From contig CAWDML010000009.1 of the NCBI GenBank assembly GCA_963803435.1, positions 1,216,001-1,280,000 on the forward strand: a stretch of 64,000 nt of DNA, given 5' to 3'. The notes beneath the pieces were generated by a model. The model was not told where the DNA came from. It did not search any database and saw only the letters and a list, made by a program, of their open reading frames with translations. Source of the stretch: an uncultured delta proteobacterium (lineage in GTDB: Bacteria; Myxococcota; Kuafuiibacteriia; Kuafuiibacteriales; Kuafuiibacteriaceae). Position numbers and translations under genes: made by a program. Positions 63,386-64,000 of this stretch are shown here, one piece after another (within the stretch, counting starts at the first letter, position 1; each line of letters begins with the position of its first letter).

Positions 63386-64000
63386 TCAGTTGAGCCGCTG
63401 GCTGCACCAGTCGAGCAGCCTCGGATAGAGCTGATCGCGGGCGCGGGCGCCCACCACCGCACCGACGTGGCCGCCGGGGACGGAGAGGACTTCCACGTCG
63501 TTGCTGAGGACGGACTCGTTCAGCGCAATCGCGGCGCGCGGCGGACAGATCGTGTCCTTGTCCGCGACGATGGTGAGGACCGGGCAGCGGATGCGGCCGA
63601 GGTCTGCGCGCCGGCCCAGGACCCAGTGCTCGCCCTTGATCAGCCGGTTCTCCTGGTAGAGCTCGCGGATGTACGTCTCGTAGGCCGCGGCGGGGAAGGG
63701 CGTGTTGTCGTTGGCCCAGCCCTCGAGGGCGAGAAAGAACGCCCTCGCGTCGGCATCGTGGGCGCTCCCGGCGAAGCCGACCCACTTGCTGATCTGGAGG
63801 GTCGGCCGCAGGGCGGTGAAGCCGCTCTGCATCTGCATGCCGCTCATGTTCCCGGCCGCCGCGATCGCGGAGGCATCGAACCAGCGCGGCTCGACGAGCC
63901 GGCTGAGGAGCCCCCCGTGCGAGAAGTCGATCGGACCGGCGAGGTTGATCAACAACGCGACCGATTCGGGCTCGAGCGCCGCCTGGATCCCGGTGAGCGT
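63386..64000 (-). CDS. phaC: Polyhydroxyalkanoate synthase (class III PhaC-like), 3' part
   Basis: LAGPIDF, WANDNTPFP..IRELYQENRL, PVLTIVADKDTICPP and GGHVG; starts beyond the window. Confidence 0.75.
   Translation of the reverse strand, partial: TLTGIQAALEPESVALLINLAGPIDFSHGGLLSRLVEPRWFDASAIAAAGNMSGMQMQSGFTALRPTLQISKWVGFAGSAHDADARAFFLALEGWANDNTPFPAAAYETYIRELYQENRLIKGEHWVLGRRADLGRIRCPVLTIVADKDTICPPRAAIALNESVLSNDVEVLSVPGGHVGAVVGARARDQLYPRLLDWCSQRLN

Overview
High-GC DNA, most likely from a Myxococcota / deltaproteobacterial genome. The evidence is a RomR-type regulator, MYXO-CTERM-like tails, PEGA and Ser/Thr kinase genes, and Cys-rich lipoproteins. Scattered single-base frameshifts in conserved genes (leuS, the HtpG-like gene, the caspase, and about ten in purA) point to uncorrected long-read indels, so any fusion or pseudogene call needs a read-level check. 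Layout: (1) 1-13.7 kb holds a prolyl-carrier-protein-type A-domain/dehydrogenase/ACP cassette coupled to a C26 amidotransferase, thiE and an RsmI-Fis fusion. It also holds an ECF sigma / zinc anti-sigma / caspase-barrel operon, a phosphatase fused to an alpha-amylase C-terminal-like domain, and a wHTH-TPR regulator. (2) 13.7-36.4 kb is a decayed accessory region. It contains an IS1182-type element with ~65-70 bp inverted ends built on (CCGGTC)n arrays that carries a four-helix-bundle gene. That element is interrupted by a complete 3.4 kb TG...CA transposon (Zn-finger ORF, DDE transposase, ExeA-like ATPase, small ORF; 5-bp target duplication). The region also has an atypical PEP carboxylase and many gene fragments. 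(3) 36.5-64 kb is mostly core genes: yraN, romR-like, Opp ABC components, a kinase, hisZ, an Hsp90-like/TPR pair, purA, leuS, a MATE pump, lpxO-like, OmpA, a CUB-like repeat surface protein, FemAB/GNAT, rlmN and phaC. No rRNA, tRNA or CRISPR array was recognised. All family assignments come from motif recognition by eye; no database searches were run.
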